Assembly (NCBI GenBank): GCA_002747135.1
Contig: PDTE01000022.1
Coordinates: 167 to 64,166 of the forward strand
Length of the DNA stretch: 64,000 nt
Direction of reading: 5' to 3'
Source: Desulfobulbus propionicus
GTDB taxonomy: Bacteria > Desulfobacterota > Desulfobulbia > Desulfobulbales > Desulfobulbaceae
Position numbers and translations under genes: made by a program. Under the pieces are notes generated by a model. It saw only the letters and a program-made list of their open reading frames with translations. It had not been told where the DNA came from and made no database searches. Of the stretch, positions 9,308 through 19,183 are shown in pieces; position 1 is the stretch's first letter, and every line of letters starts with the position of its first letter.

Positions 9308-11164
9308 GTGCAAGGGAGTAATACATTACAAAATGAGCTCAGTCCATATCTTTTGCAGCATGCCGACAATCCTGTGAACTGGTATCCCTGGGGAGATGAG
9401 GCTTTACAGCTTGCCAGAGCGCGGGAGATGCCGATTTTCTTATCAGTTGGTTACGCCACCTGTCACTGGTGCCATGTAATGGCGGATGAAACCTTTGTCA
9501 ATGAGAAGGCCGCTGAACTGTTAAACAAATGGTTCGTCAGCATCAAGGTCGATCGCGAAGAGCGGCCTGATATTGATCAATTGTATATGGATGCCCTTAT
9601 AACCATGCAGGGTAGCGGAGGGTGGCCAATGTCGCTGTTTCTGTTTCCAGATGGAAAACCGTTTTTTGCTGCGACGTATATCCCCCTTGAAGACAGATTC
9701 GGACGTAGTGGTTTTATACAGCTTCTTGAAACGATTCATCAGGCCTGGGAATACAGGCGTGATGAGCTGGCGAAGACAGCAGACAAGGTTTTCTCCTTAA
9801 TGAAGCCGGTTCCCAGGCAGCCACTTGATGACCAGCACGCTTTTCAAACTGTACACGCAACAGCTGATTCTTTTGCTGCTTCCTATGACCAGATTAACGC
9901 CGGCTTTGGTGGTGCCCCGAAATTTCCTCGTCCGGTTGTACTGCGTTTCCTGTTCAGCTATGGAGAGGATACCAACGAAAAGAAGTATACTGAAATGGCG
10001 GTAACAACCCTCCTGAAAATGGTCTGTGGCGGCATATACGACCAGATTGGGGGTGGTTTTCACCGATACAGTGTAGATGCTCAATGGCATGTACCACATT
10101 TTGAAAAAATGCTTTATGACCAGGCACAGCTTGTCCAGGCCTGCACTGATGCGTATGAGCTGACAGGTGACTCACTTTTTTCTGACACTATACACCAGAC
10201 CTTGCAGTACGTGCTGACGAAAATGACAGCTGCTGACGGTGGTTTTTTTTCAGCTGAAGATGCAGACAGTGAAGACCCTTATACGCCAGGACGCCGTGGC
10301 GAAGGGTGCTATTATTTGTGGACATCCGATGATCTTGTCCGGATTCTGGGTGATGACCAGGCAGCTTTTTTTTCATCCATATATGGAGTTGTACCGGAAG
10401 GTAATGTCGCTCATGATCCCCATCTTGAGTTTGCAGGAAAAAATATTCTGCTTAGAAAAGGCGAGGTTGCCGAGGTTGCAAGGCATTTTCAGTATTCCCT
10501 GGAAGAAGCGGAAAAAATGCTTTCCCAGGCAGTGCAGAAATTACGGGAGGCCAGGGAAAGGCGGCAAGCACCATTTACTGATGACAAGATTGTTACTGCC
10601 TGGAATGGCATGATGATAGGCGCCATGGCGCGGGCAGGAGGAGTGCTAGCCTGTACGTCCTATATCAATGCCGCAATATCGGCCACTACCTTTGTCCGCG
10701 AAAAGCTGTATGATGATGTCACAGGTCTTCTCCGGAGACGCTGTCGTAACGGGAGAGCAGGCCTTGCCGGACAGCTGGATGATTATGTTCAGCTCGTTTC
10801 TGGCCTGGTAGAGCTGTATAAGGTGTCAGAGGAGCCTCATCTGCTTGAATGGGCGCTCGTACTCACTGAAAAAACGAAAGAGCTGTTCTGGGAAGAAAGT
10901 CAGGGCTGTTTTTTTGACAGTGTTGACGATAAAACTCTATTGTTGAGAAGATACGCGACCTTTGATGGAGCCGAGCCTGCCGCAAACTCGCAGGCGGCAA
11001 TGAATCTTCTTGTTCTGGCACCCTTTGCCGCACGTGGCGCAGAGCACTTAGGTATGGTAGACAGAATACTCAGATTTTTTTCCAGAAAAAATCAGGCGGA
11101 ACCCACCGCCATGCCGCTTATGCAGCAGGTACGGTTAATCCGGATGAAACAACGGGATTATTGA
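9308..11164 (+). CDS. YyaL/SPATA20 thioredoxin-domain protein
   Basis: SPYLLQHADNPVNWYPW, CHWCHVM, GGFGGAPKFP, PHFEKMLYDQA. Confidence 0.92.
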   Translation: MQGSNTLQNELSPYLLQHADNPVNWYPWGDEALQLARAREMPIFLSVGYATCHWCHVMADETFVNEKAAELLNKWFVSIKVDREERPDIDQLYMDALITMQGSGGWPMSLFLFPDGKPFFAATYIPLEDRFGRSGFIQLLETIHQAWEYRRDELAKTADKVFSLMKPVPRQPLDDQHAFQTVHATADSFAASYDQINAGFGGAPKFPRPVVLRFLFSYGEDTNEKKYTEMAVTTLLKMVCGGIYDQIGGGFHRYSVDAQWHVPHFEKMLYDQAQLVQACTDAYELTGDSLFSDTIHQTLQYVLTKMTAADGGFFSAEDADSEDPYTPGRRGEGCYYLWTSDDLVRILGDDQAAFFSSIYGVVPEGNVAHDPHLEFAGKNILLRKGEVAEVARHFQYSLEEAEKMLSQAVQKLREARERRQAPFTDDKIVTAWNGMMIGAMARAGGVLACTSYINAAISATTFVREKLYDDVTGLLRRRCRNGRAGLAGQLDDYVQLVSGLVELYKVSEEPHLLEWALVLTEKTKELFWEESQGCFFDSVDDKTLLLRRYATFDGAEPAANSQAAMNLLVLAPFAARGAEHLGMVDRILRFFSRKNQAEPTAMPLMQQVRLIRMKQRDY

Positions 11165-11526
11165 CCATAATAAATAACTCCGCTGGTGTCGGTCTCCCTG
11201 ACCTCAACCGCATAGAGCTGGTATCGGTCTGTCTTCAATACCTCTTCCAGTTTTTCAAAAAGAAAAATGGCTATATGTTCTGATGAAGGATTAATGCTGG
11301 CAAAGGCCGGGTGCTCGTTGAGATCGCAGTGGTCTAGCTCATCAACAACCTTTCCTACCTCGTGCTTCAATGTTCTGAAATCAATTCCCATGCCGAGGTG
11401 ATCGAGTTCACTGGCACGAACGGTTACCTTGATTTTCCAGTTATGTCCGTGTGGTTTTTCGCAGCTTCCTGGATAATCACGAAGATGATGGCCGCCTGAA
11501 AAGTGTGTTTTTATAAAAATATCCAT
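11158..11526 (-). CDS. queD: 6-carboxy-5,6,7,8-tetrahydropterin synthase
   Basis: CEKPHGHNW, GIDF, LDH, NPSSE, VRETD motifs. Confidence 0.92.
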   Translation of the reverse strand: MDIFIKTHFSGGHHLRDYPGSCEKPHGHNWKIKVTVRASELDHLGMGIDFRTLKHEVGKVVDELDHCDLNEHPAFASINPSSEHIAIFLFEKLEEVLKTDRYQLYAVEVRETDTSGVIYYGQ

Positions 11527-11567
11527 TGGCTATAGTGGTGGCGCCTGAAATTATGTATACTTGTAAA

Positions 11568-11725
11568 GTAACTACTCACAGGGCAAGAATCACCCTGGTT
11601 TCACTTGCTTTAGGCCTGTAACTGCTTACAGGTTATCCAGATTCGGGCAAGCGTGATTGGCAGCTATAGCCCCTCTATGCGGCGGGTCGCGATCGCCAGA
11701 AGATGGGTGACCTGAGAGCAGTTAC
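11568..11725 (+). mobile_element. MITE family A, full length 158 bp
   Basis: Intact ends; perfect 8-bp target duplication CTTGTAAA. Confidence 0.93.
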
Positions 11726-11743
11726 CTTGTAAATAAGATTTAT

Positions 11744-11841
11744 GTAATTGCTTCCAGCTCACCCGGATCTGGGCAGCCTGCAAGCAGTTACAGCGTCAAA
11801 TAAAGTGAAATCAGGTCGTTATATTTTCTGTGAGTGGTTGC
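11744..11841 (-). mobile_element. MITE family A, internally deleted
   Basis: Both degenerate ends retained, central hairpin lost. Confidence 0.7.
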
Positions 11842-11912
11842 AGGTTTTTTATAGCTATGGTTGTACAAGGTATGGCCACGTTTGTCCAGAGACAAACCCT
11901 TGTCCCGCATTT

Positions 11913-12041
11913 GTAACTGATCACGGGCACGGCATTTTTGCACGATCACAATTTTTCACATACGCTTAGACAGGAGCCTTGCTTCGCTTGCTTATCTGCT
12001 CGAAATCGTGCTTGCACAAATTTTCCTTAATGGGCAGTTAT
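11913..12041 (-). mobile_element. MITE family B, partial long-loop variant
   Basis: GTAACTGATCACGGGCAC end and GCTTATCTGCTCGAAATCGTGCTTGCAC shared with 35878 and 47153 copies. Confidence 0.75.
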
Positions 12042-12777
12042 GGAGTATCCGCTTAAAGTTACTACAGACACCCTGTTTGACGGTAAATTAGTTTGTCGTC
12101 AGCATGAAAAGGGGTACCGCTTTTCCGTTGACGCCCTTCTCCTTGCCGGCAGCTATGAGCCAAAATCAGGAGAAAGGCAAGTGCTTGACTTATGTTGCGG
12201 CTGCGGTGTGGTTGGCCTGATTCTGGCTTATCGCTATCATGCGCTGTCTGTAAGCGGGTTTGAAATGCAGGCGCAGCTTGCAGCTTTGGCTGCCGACAAT
12301 ATCCAGAATAATACATTGGCCAGCAGGATGCAGGTGATTCAGGGAAATGTCCTGGATATCTCCACACACTTCAAACCGGAATCTTTTGATGTTGTTGTCT
12401 GCAATCCACCGTATCGAAAGGGAGAAAGCGGCCGACTTAATGATGCAGAAGAAGCGGCCCTGGCCCGGCATGAATCGGAAGCCCGTCAGGAGGACTTTGT
12501 AAGCGCAGCGGCATTTTGTGTAAAAAACAGGGGACGGGTTTTGTTTGTGTATCCTGCTGTCAGACTGGCCGGACTGACTGCCTGCTTCCAGGAAAAGCAG
12601 CTGCAGATAAAAAAAATGCAGCTCATTTATTCTTACCCCGGTGAGCAGGACGCCTCTCTGGTTATCCTGGAAGCGATGAAAAATGGTGGCGAACAGTGCA
12701 GAGTGCTGGCTCCTTTTTATATCTATTCTCAGAAAAATGGTACCTATACAGCTGCCATGCAGACCTTGTATACTTAG
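12040..12777 (+). CDS. tRNA1(Val) A37 N6-methyltransferase family protein
   Basis: GYRFSVDALLL, VLDLCCGCG, VCNPPY, ARHE motifs. Confidence 0.88.
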   Translation: MEYPLKVTTDTLFDGKLVCRQHEKGYRFSVDALLLAGSYEPKSGERQVLDLCCGCGVVGLILAYRYHALSVSGFEMQAQLAALAADNIQNNTLASRMQVIQGNVLDISTHFKPESFDVVVCNPPYRKGESGRLNDAEEAALARHESEARQEDFVSAAAFCVKNRGRVLFVYPAVRLAGLTACFQEKQLQIKKMQLIYSYPGEQDASLVILEAMKNGGEQCRVLAPFYIYSQKNGTYTAAMQTLYT

Positions 12778-12780
12778 ATC

Positions 12781-14313
12781 ATGCTGGCTAGAGTTATAAG
12801 TTGCGCGGTTATTGGCGTAAACGGTCATATGGTTGAGGTTGAGGTTGACCTTGCTAGAGGGCTCCCTGGTTTTTCCACTGTTGGCCTGGCCGAAGGTGCG
12901 GTGCGGGAAGCAAAAGACCGGGTCAGGGCCGCCATAAAAAATGGTGGCTATGAATTCCCGCAGCGGAGAATTACCGTGAATCTTGCCCCGGCATCATTAA
13001 AAAAGGAAGGCTCCGGGTATGACCTGCCAATTGCGTTAGGGATCCTTGCTGCCTCGGGCATCATGAACAGTGATGCATTGTCAACTTCAGCTGTCATAGG
13101 AGAACTCTCCCTCGACGGAACAGTAAAATCTGTACGCGGAGTCCTGGCTATGGCCTTTGCCGCTCAGGCAGCGAAGATGAACGCCTGCATTGTCCCTGCA
13201 GTGAATGCTCATGAAGCTGCTGTCGTAGAGGGAATTGATATAATAGCGGTCGAGAGACTCGATCAGGCGGTTGAATACCTGTGCGGAGCAAGTACACTGG
13301 AGCCGGTAAAGGTTGATGTTGCCACCCTGTTCGCGCACTCTTCGGCCTGTTCAATGGATTTTGCTGATGTAAAGGGGCAGGAGCATGCCAGACGTTCTCT
13401 GGAAGTTGCTGCGGCCGGAGGGCACAACATTTTGCTCAGCGGAAGTCCGGGCTCGGGCAAAACCATGATGGCGCGAAGAGTGACCACTATTTTACCGGAG
13501 CTTACCCTGGCAGAAGCCATTGAAACAACAACAGTGTATTCTGTAAGCGGAGAATTACCGGAGAAACTTCCTCTTGTTGTTCAGCGACCGTTCAGGGCAC
13601 CCCATCATACGGTTTCAGATGCCGGGCTTATTGGGGGAGGCAATGTGCCCAAACCAGGAGAAGTTTCGCTGGCGCATAACGGGGTGCTTTTTCTGGATGA
13701 ATTACCCGAATTTAAAAAACATGTTCTCGAAGTATTGAGGCAGCCCATGGAGGATGGGCAGGTAAGTATTGCCCGCGCTGCCATGACCTTGCATTTCCCG
13801 GCAGAATTCATGCTGATAGCGGCCATGAATCCCTGCCCATGCGGACACCTGGGCGATGAATCTCATCCCTGTACCTGTTCGCCTGCCCAGATTCAGCGCT
13901 ATAGAAGCCGGCTCTCAGGCCCTTTGCTTGACAGGATTGATCTGCATGTTGAGGTGCCTGCTGTGAGAGTTGATGAGCTTATCCGCACAGAACAAGGTGA
14001 ATCTTCGAGCGAAATCAAACAACGGGTTAACGCGGCGCGTAAGGTGCAGCAAAAGCGGCTGGCCGATCATGGCCTTCACTGCAACGCCCAGATGAAGGCG
14101 AAGCAGATAAAGAAATTTTGTGCTGTTGCGGCCCAGGCGGAGAAGCTGGTCGAGCAGGCAATTGACAGATTTGGTCTGTCGGCCAGAGCCTATACCCGCA
14201 TCTTGAAAATTGCGCGTACCATTGCCGACCTTGATGGCAGGGAAACCATTGCTGCCCATCATGTGGCGGAAGCGATTCAATACAGGAGATTGGTAACCTT
14301 AAATCAGCTGTGA
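12781..14313 (+). CDS. comM: YifB/ComM Mg-chelatase-like AAA+ ATPase
   Basis: VNLAPA, GSPGSGKTM, FRAPHH, LFLDELPEF, NPCPCG motifs. Confidence 0.93.
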   Translation: MLARVISCAVIGVNGHMVEVEVDLARGLPGFSTVGLAEGAVREAKDRVRAAIKNGGYEFPQRRITVNLAPASLKKEGSGYDLPIALGILAASGIMNSDALSTSAVIGELSLDGTVKSVRGVLAMAFAAQAAKMNACIVPAVNAHEAAVVEGIDIIAVERLDQAVEYLCGASTLEPVKVDVATLFAHSSACSMDFADVKGQEHARRSLEVAAAGGHNILLSGSPGSGKTMMARRVTTILPELTLAEAIETTTVYSVSGELPEKLPLVVQRPFRAPHHTVSDAGLIGGGNVPKPGEVSLAHNGVLFLDELPEFKKHVLEVLRQPMEDGQVSIARAAMTLHFPAEFMLIAAMNPCPCGHLGDESHPCTCSPAQIQRYRSRLSGPLLDRIDLHVEVPAVRVDELIRTEQGESSSEIKQRVNAARKVQQKRLADHGLHCNAQMKAKQIKKFCAVAAQAEKLVEQAIDRFGLSARAYTRILKIARTIADLDGRETIAAHHVAEAIQYRRLVTLNQL

Positions 14314-15995
14314 TAAAAAGACTTTTCAACGGATTTCTCTTGGTGAGTCTCATTGGAGTAAGCAGTTATTATCTCCTTGACAATGTCGAGAAAAGCCAAA
14401 AAATAGAGGATTTACTGCCACGAGATACAGTTGTCTATCTCCGGATGAACAATCTGGCTGACACCTGTACGCACCTGGTGCATTCTCCTGTTGGCCGTCA
14501 ACTCACTGGTGCCAGATTAAAAAAACTCCTGATGCAGTGCGGAGTTGGGGAAAATGACACCGCAACTGTCCATAAAGCCGCTGCTTTCTTTCAATACATG
14601 GTTGGGCACCCCCTTTTTCCCATGCTTTTACATGCAGACTCAGGTCTGGCGTTGCTGCCGCCTGAGGAAGAATATGATGATGTGTTGGAATACCTGCTTG
14701 ACAATGTGCTGTTTGTAGCCAGGGCAACCGTTGCTCTTTCGCCTGATCTAGTGCTGGCCAAGTTGAGTGATGTAAAAAAAGATATCAAGAAAACAAGATA
14801 TTACGAAAAAGAGGTAGTGTGCGTTACCCTGGAAAGCGGTGAATCTTTTGCCTTTGCCGTCGTGGAAGACAAAGTTTTGTTGAGTGGGGGAACGCGTACG
14901 CTTTATCGCAGTCTGGATCTTTATGAACAGCGAAATATCAGACCAAAGGAAAATCTGTCCAGAGAAAAGGAATATCGAAAATTGGCCGGTGAAAATACAG
15001 GAAAACAAAAGCATCTCTTGTATTGTAATCTGTCTCAACTGACAGAAGTGCTGGATATATTTTCTTCCCCTCCAGCGAGACGCTGGACTTTCGCTGACAA
15101 TAACCGGCTTTATATGCGTCATCAAACTCGAGGTGACACTGACCAGTTACAGGTCATTTTACAGGGCCATATTGCAGAACTTGACGGGAGTGTTCAAACA
15201 TATATTCAAGCCATGCCGGAAAAAGACAAACAATTACATCATCTTGATGAAGGTGTTGTTGCCTACTTGTGGACCAACTGGCTTGATCTGAAAGGTTTGT
15301 GGCGCTCTCTTTCCAGGAATCCGGCTCCTCATGCGGCGGCTGCGCTTTTTTATATCGGACAACAACTGCAACGTCATACTGGACATGATATAGATTTTTT
15401 TACCGGCCTGTTTGGCAGACAGGGTGGTTTTGTCCTTTATGAGGCGCCGAAAAAAAAGCCTTCAAGCCTCCCCATGGTTTTGTTGTTTATTGATGTGGAG
15501 AGCCCCATAAAAATCCATGCTTTTTTTAACAGAATTCTTGCCCCCTTTGCAACGACACAGTATACATTTGCCGGGTATGAGGCAGTCTCCATGCTCATGG
15601 CCGACGGACTTATTCAGCCTGCTTATGCTGTTATTGGTCATCGTCTTTTTATCGCTGATAACATTGCTCTTCTTCAACGCTTTGTGAAGAAGCAGAAAAA
15701 AAGGCTTGTCAACGATTCTGGTTTCAAAAAGGTAGACCCCGGTTTTCGTAAAAAGAGCAACCTGCTCGCCTATGCAAGGATAGATCAGTTTAACCGCCAA
15801 CTGGAAGCTTTGTGTACCTGGTGGATAACCTCTCTTGGCCAGGTTGGCGCAATGGAGCCTGAGTTTGGTGATTTGCTTGTAAATAAATTGATGACTCCTC
15901 TGTTTCAGAGCCTCAATCATGTCCGCGCACAGGCAATAAGGATGACTGCCGGTGAAGACTCGATACGTGTGGATATAGTGCTTCATTCTTTTTGA
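14310..15995 (+). CDS. Hypothetical membrane-anchored protein (DUF3352-like)
   Basis: 561-aa ORF overlapping comM stop (GTGA), N-terminal hydrophobic segment; family is a tentative guess. Confidence 0.7.
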   Translation: MIKRLFNGFLLVSLIGVSSYYLLDNVEKSQKIEDLLPRDTVVYLRMNNLADTCTHLVHSPVGRQLTGARLKKLLMQCGVGENDTATVHKAAAFFQYMVGHPLFPMLLHADSGLALLPPEEEYDDVLEYLLDNVLFVARATVALSPDLVLAKLSDVKKDIKKTRYYEKEVVCVTLESGESFAFAVVEDKVLLSGGTRTLYRSLDLYEQRNIRPKENLSREKEYRKLAGENTGKQKHLLYCNLSQLTEVLDIFSSPPARRWTFADNNRLYMRHQTRGDTDQLQVILQGHIAELDGSVQTYIQAMPEKDKQLHHLDEGVVAYLWTNWLDLKGLWRSLSRNPAPHAAAALFYIGQQLQRHTGHDIDFFTGLFGRQGGFVLYEAPKKKPSSLPMVLLFIDVESPIKIHAFFNRILAPFATTQYTFAGYEAVSMLMADGLIQPAYAVIGHRLFIADNIALLQRFVKKQKKRLVNDSGFKKVDPGFRKKSNLLAYARIDQFNRQLEALCTWWITSLGQVGAMEPEFGDLLVNKLMTPLFQSLNHVRAQAIRMTAGEDSIRVDIVLHSF

Positions 15996-16029
15996 CAGCC
16001 TGTATTGCTTGATTATACAGGGGGTGAAT

Positions 16030-16128
16030 GTAACTTGCTCACAGGGCATGTACCATCTTGGTTTTCCTTGCTATACGTCTGTAGCAGTCTTCAGGCTGCC
16101 TGAAGAAAGGTGAGCAGGGAGCAGTTGT
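16030..16128 (+). mobile_element. MITE family A, internally deleted
   Basis: GTAACTTGCTCACAGGGCATGTACC...GGTGAGCAGGGAGCAGTTG. Confidence 0.78.
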
Positions 16129-16141
16129 GACCGGATGAAGG

Positions 16142-16299
16142 GTAACTGATCACGGGCACTTCATCTTTGCCCGATCACCATTGCCCGCATACTCTTGTAT
16201 AGCGGAAAATGGTGTTTGTCCAATTCTGTTGCACCCGTGGCCAATGACACGTCAGAAACAGAGAACAACACTGACAGTACAGACCCCGTGATTGGTTAC
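16142..16299 (-). mobile_element. MITE family B, full length 158 bp
   Basis: GTAACTGATCACGGG...CCCGTGATTGGTTAC; flanks GATGAAGG/GATGAGGG. Confidence 0.92.
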
Positions 16300-16340
16300 G
16301 ATGAGGGTAAGCTGTCTCTGGGGGTTCAGGTATCGTTAGA

Positions 16341-16721
16341 ATGGAAAAACTCGTTAGTGATTTAAAAAAAGTGCTGCCATTTAAGGCAGCAACGAATGTC
16401 GGTGATATTGTTTTTGTCGCCTCCAAAAAACCGCAGATAATGTCGTATGCCGTTATATGCAGCATTGAGAGGGACGATACCAGAAAAGAAGAGTGGTGGC
16501 ATGTCACCATGCAGTTTCTGGGTGTTCCATTACAAAAAGTAACCTGGACCCTTCGCACACCACAGTTCACCGGACAGGAGATTTTTACCATGGGAGGAGA
16601 GGGACGTTTTATCCAGGCCATTCAACCCGACATCGACCATCATTCAGACGTGGAAAAAGCAAATAACAGAGAGTTTGCCGCAGTGAGCAGACCGGGAAAA
16701 GGTCTTCGCAGAATTAAATAA
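16341..16721 (+). CDS. Hypothetical protein
   Basis: 126-aa ORF with ATG start filling the gap between elements; protein-like composition. Confidence 0.75.
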   Translation: MEKLVSDLKKVLPFKAATNVGDIVFVASKKPQIMSYAVICSIERDDTRKEEWWHVTMQFLGVPLQKVTWTLRTPQFTGQEIFTMGGEGRFIQAIQPDIDHHSDVEKANNREFAAVSRPGKGLRRIK

Positions 16722-16728
16722 AAAAAGA

Positions 16729-16919
16729 GGTTTCTCGCTGTTTCATGTAGGTAGACCTTTGACTGACTTGCGCCCTGTTAGTGATACATGCCACACCCAG
16801 TGAAAGACACAGAACTTTTTCAAATGGCACTTGGCCTGATGCCGCCCAGGCAGGTTTCATTGGCAGAATTCACCCCTGATGAAAAGTACCTGGATATCAG
16901 TGTGACACAATCAGGCTGA
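16729..16919 (+). pseudogene. ISL3-family left end and transposase N-terminal remnant
   Basis: GGTTTCTCGCTGTTTCATGTAGG ISL3-like IR; 16800-16919 reads MKDTELFQMALGLMPPRQVSLAEFTPDEKYLDIS then stops. Confidence 0.72.
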
Positions 16920-17067
16920 GATTGTTGAAGATTGGTGCGAAAATAAGGATAGCGGTGAGAAAGGTGCGGCTTTCTTTTCCTAAAAGTTGTTTTTTTAAAG
17001 ATGTTTTTTTTGCAAGCACTTGATAATATAATAAAAAATCCAGTTCGAGGGTAATGATTGAAAAAAC

Positions 17068-17237
17068 GTAACTCCGCACAGGTCACCCCTCTTTAAACGA
17101 TCACGACCGACCGCATAGAGGGGCTATAGCTGCCAATCGTGCTTGCCCAAAATCTGGGTGACCAGAAAACAGCTACAGGCTTGAAAGAGGTGAAGATAAA
17201 GGGGTACATGTTACATGCCCTGTGATGTGAGTAATTG
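17068..17237 (-). mobile_element. MITE family A
   Basis: GTAACTCCGCACAGGTCACCC...CCGCATAGAGGGGCTATAGCTGCCAATCG...CCCTGTGA. Confidence 0.85.
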
Positions 17238-17251
17238 TGAAGAAGATGGCG

Positions 17252-17608
17252 TCAGATTTTTCCTGAAAGCAGGCGACCGTTTATCTGGGTATTTTGCGCC
17301 GTGCCTGTGTTTCCATAGATACAGGGAGAGGCCTTACGACCAAAAAATTCCATGGTTTCCTGAATCCAGTTCAGAGTAGAGCGAAAGAGAAAGGCGTTTC
17401 GCCGGTTTTCCTGCTGTATTCTCCTGGCGAGTTTTTGGTCTTCCGGATCCTGTAGTTTGACCACTGGCTTCAATGACATGATAAGGTCTTCCTTACGTGC
17501 CATGTCATCCAGCATGGCTTTCATGTCAAGCTCCTTGGCATGGGTTCGTTCGCTGAGGATAGTTTCCAGCAACTGTTCCATCAGGTCTCGAACGTTTTCT
17601 CTGGTCAT
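17252..17608 (-). CDS. flgN: Flagellar export chaperone FlgN
   Basis: Directly downstream of flgM, helical, ENRRN and C-terminal YG motif. Confidence 0.75.
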   Translation of the reverse strand: MTRENVRDLMEQLLETILSERTHAKELDMKAMLDDMARKEDLIMSLKPVVKLQDPEDQKLARRIQQENRRNAFLFRSTLNWIQETMEFFGRKASPCIYGNTGTAQNTQINGRLLSGKI

Positions 17609-17613
17609 GATAT

Positions 17614-17907
17614 TTAGCCCTCTACCAGAAACTTGAGCAGGCTGGAAGCCACCTTGTCAAGGTCCGGCTCGTATGAGCCTTCAGTCACCTGTGCTTTCAA
17701 CTCTGCCACACGAATCGCTCGTTCATTACTGGTCACATCGTTCACCTGTGACTGCGACGCTCCCTGAAGGGCGTTGCTGAAAGATGATTCCTGGGGCCCA
17801 CCAGTTTTGGTTGTTTTTTCCGTATTACCGGCTTTGCCCGTTTTAGCAATATTTCCGGCCTGATTTACTGTTGGAAATCCAAAAAATTCTACTGCCATTG
17901 TGTTCAC
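17614..17907 (-). CDS. flgM: Anti-sigma28 factor FlgM
   Basis: RAIRVAELKAQVTEGSYEPDLDKVA C-terminal motif. Confidence 0.88.
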   Translation of the reverse strand: MNTMAVEFFGFPTVNQAGNIAKTGKAGNTEKTTKTGGPQESSFSNALQGASQSQVNDVTSNERAIRVAELKAQVTEGSYEPDLDKVASSLLKFLVEG

Positions 17908-17919
17908 CTGTCGTTGGTG

Positions 17920-18474
17920 TCAAGCCATATTGTCCGTTGCAGATTCTGCAGCCCAGTTTTCCAGCTTGTCCATTACTGCGTCGTATGTATCATAGGATAT
18001 ATCCGGTAACCAATCTCCCAAAGCCTCATATGCCCTCTGAAATCCATCTTCAATTCCTGCAATAATAGCATCAATTTTGGATGTGTCTCCGCCTGAAATG
18101 GATACAGCAAATTGAAAAATCCGCTCTGAGGTTTGTTCAACGCCAAAATATCCGTCTTCCGAAACCAGTTCATTGGCTTCTTCAGGCGAAATGGATGCAA
18201 GATCAATTTCAGCGTTGCCAATGGAAATTCTGGTATTGACGCCCTGTTCTTCAAGCAGGTTGACAACCAGATTTTGCAATACACTGTAATCGCTATCTGC
18301 TCCGACACTTGTCATCAGTGAACTGGAGTAGGTGAGCAGTGAAGAAGATGTGCCAGTGATGCTTACTGAATCGGTTTTTCCGTTAAAACGTTGCTCGGCA
18401 GTTGTTGATACACGCTGTGTCTTTGCTGAGTAGAATGAAGTGTGCCGCTGTGTATTGCTGATATTTTCAATCAT
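17920..18474 (-). CDS. Acidic hypothetical protein upstream of flgM
   Basis: 184-aa ORF with GGAGG RBS; DGYFGVEQTSERIFQFA segment. Confidence 0.8.
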   Translation of the reverse strand: MIENISNTQRHTSFYSAKTQRVSTTAEQRFNGKTDSVSITGTSSSLLTYSSSLMTSVGADSDYSVLQNLVVNLLEEQGVNTRISIGNAEIDLASISPEEANELVSEDGYFGVEQTSERIFQFAVSISGGDTSKIDAIIAGIEDGFQRAYEALGDWLPDISYDTYDAVMDKLENWAAESATDNMA

Positions 18475-18550
18475 TTCTCTGCCTCCATGCAGTGTTTTGG
18501 CGGCCTTTCCCTGGCGGCCTGAGGCGATAATTATTCTTTTCTCAATTGTA

Positions 18551-18578
18551 TTATCGACCAGGCAGGAAGAATTCTTTA
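18551..18578 (-). promoter_or_regulatory. Putative sigma28 (FliA) promoter
   Basis: TAAA-N16-GTCGATAA on minus strand ahead of the hypothetical-flgM-flgN unit. Confidence 0.65.
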
Positions 18579-18612
18579 TAAAAAATATTTTTTTTTGAAA
18601 AAGAAGGAAAAA

Positions 18613-18930
18613 TTATTTTTTGGAATTAAGCTGGCTGTCTAGTATGTGAAAAAAATGATCTGACAATCCCAGGCTTTGCTTTTCTGCCATTTGTTGAGCC
18701 AGTTCGGTGTCAAGCATACCTTCATACATTTTCTGTCCACTTGATTTGGGGAAAAGCTCACTTTCCGGGATTGTTTTTCGCATGGACTCAACCATGTACT
18801 GCAGAAAAAGGGCCTCAAAGTCTGTACATGACTGGCTCAGTGATTGTTTGTCTTTTGCACTTAACCCTTCAGGCTGTGTTTTTTGACTGGTTAATTGTGA
18901 TACTGTCAGGGTCTCTATTGAGGTTTTCAT
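18613..18930 (-). CDS. flgJ: FlgJ rod-binding domain protein (no muramidase domain)
   Basis: DFEALFLQYMVESMRKT...MYEGMLDTELA...LGL; downstream of flgI. Confidence 0.88.
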   Translation of the reverse strand: MKTSIETLTVSQLTSQKTQPEGLSAKDKQSLSQSCTDFEALFLQYMVESMRKTIPESELFPKSSGQKMYEGMLDTELAQQMAEKQSLGLSDHFFHILDSQLNSKK

Positions 18931-18989
18931 TATAGTGTTTATGTTGTAGTAATATCAGACACTTTCAAGTACATTTTGTCAAGATTGAA

Positions 18990-19087
18990 CTAGCTGCTCT
19001 CAGTTCACCCATCTTCGGGCAACCTGAAAGCAGGTACAGACGTAAAGCAGGTAACACAAAGAGGTGACATACCCTGTGAGGAGTTAC
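18990..19087 (-). mobile_element. MITE family A, internally deleted
   Basis: A ends; GATTGAA repeated on both sides. Confidence 0.8.
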
Positions 19088-19109
19088 GATTGAAGTCAGC
19101 TTATAACTC

Positions 19110-19183
19110 GCAATCAATCACGGGGTCTGCTTTGTTATTCTCTGCTTCTGACCAGTGGCCAAAATGTTCACCAGAGATCCGGG
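19110..19183 (+). mobile_element. Chimeric B left arm fused to C fragment
   Basis: AATCACGGGGTCTG...TTCTCTGCTTCTGAC then GCCAAAATGTTCACCAGAG and ATCCGGG from family C. Confidence 0.7.
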
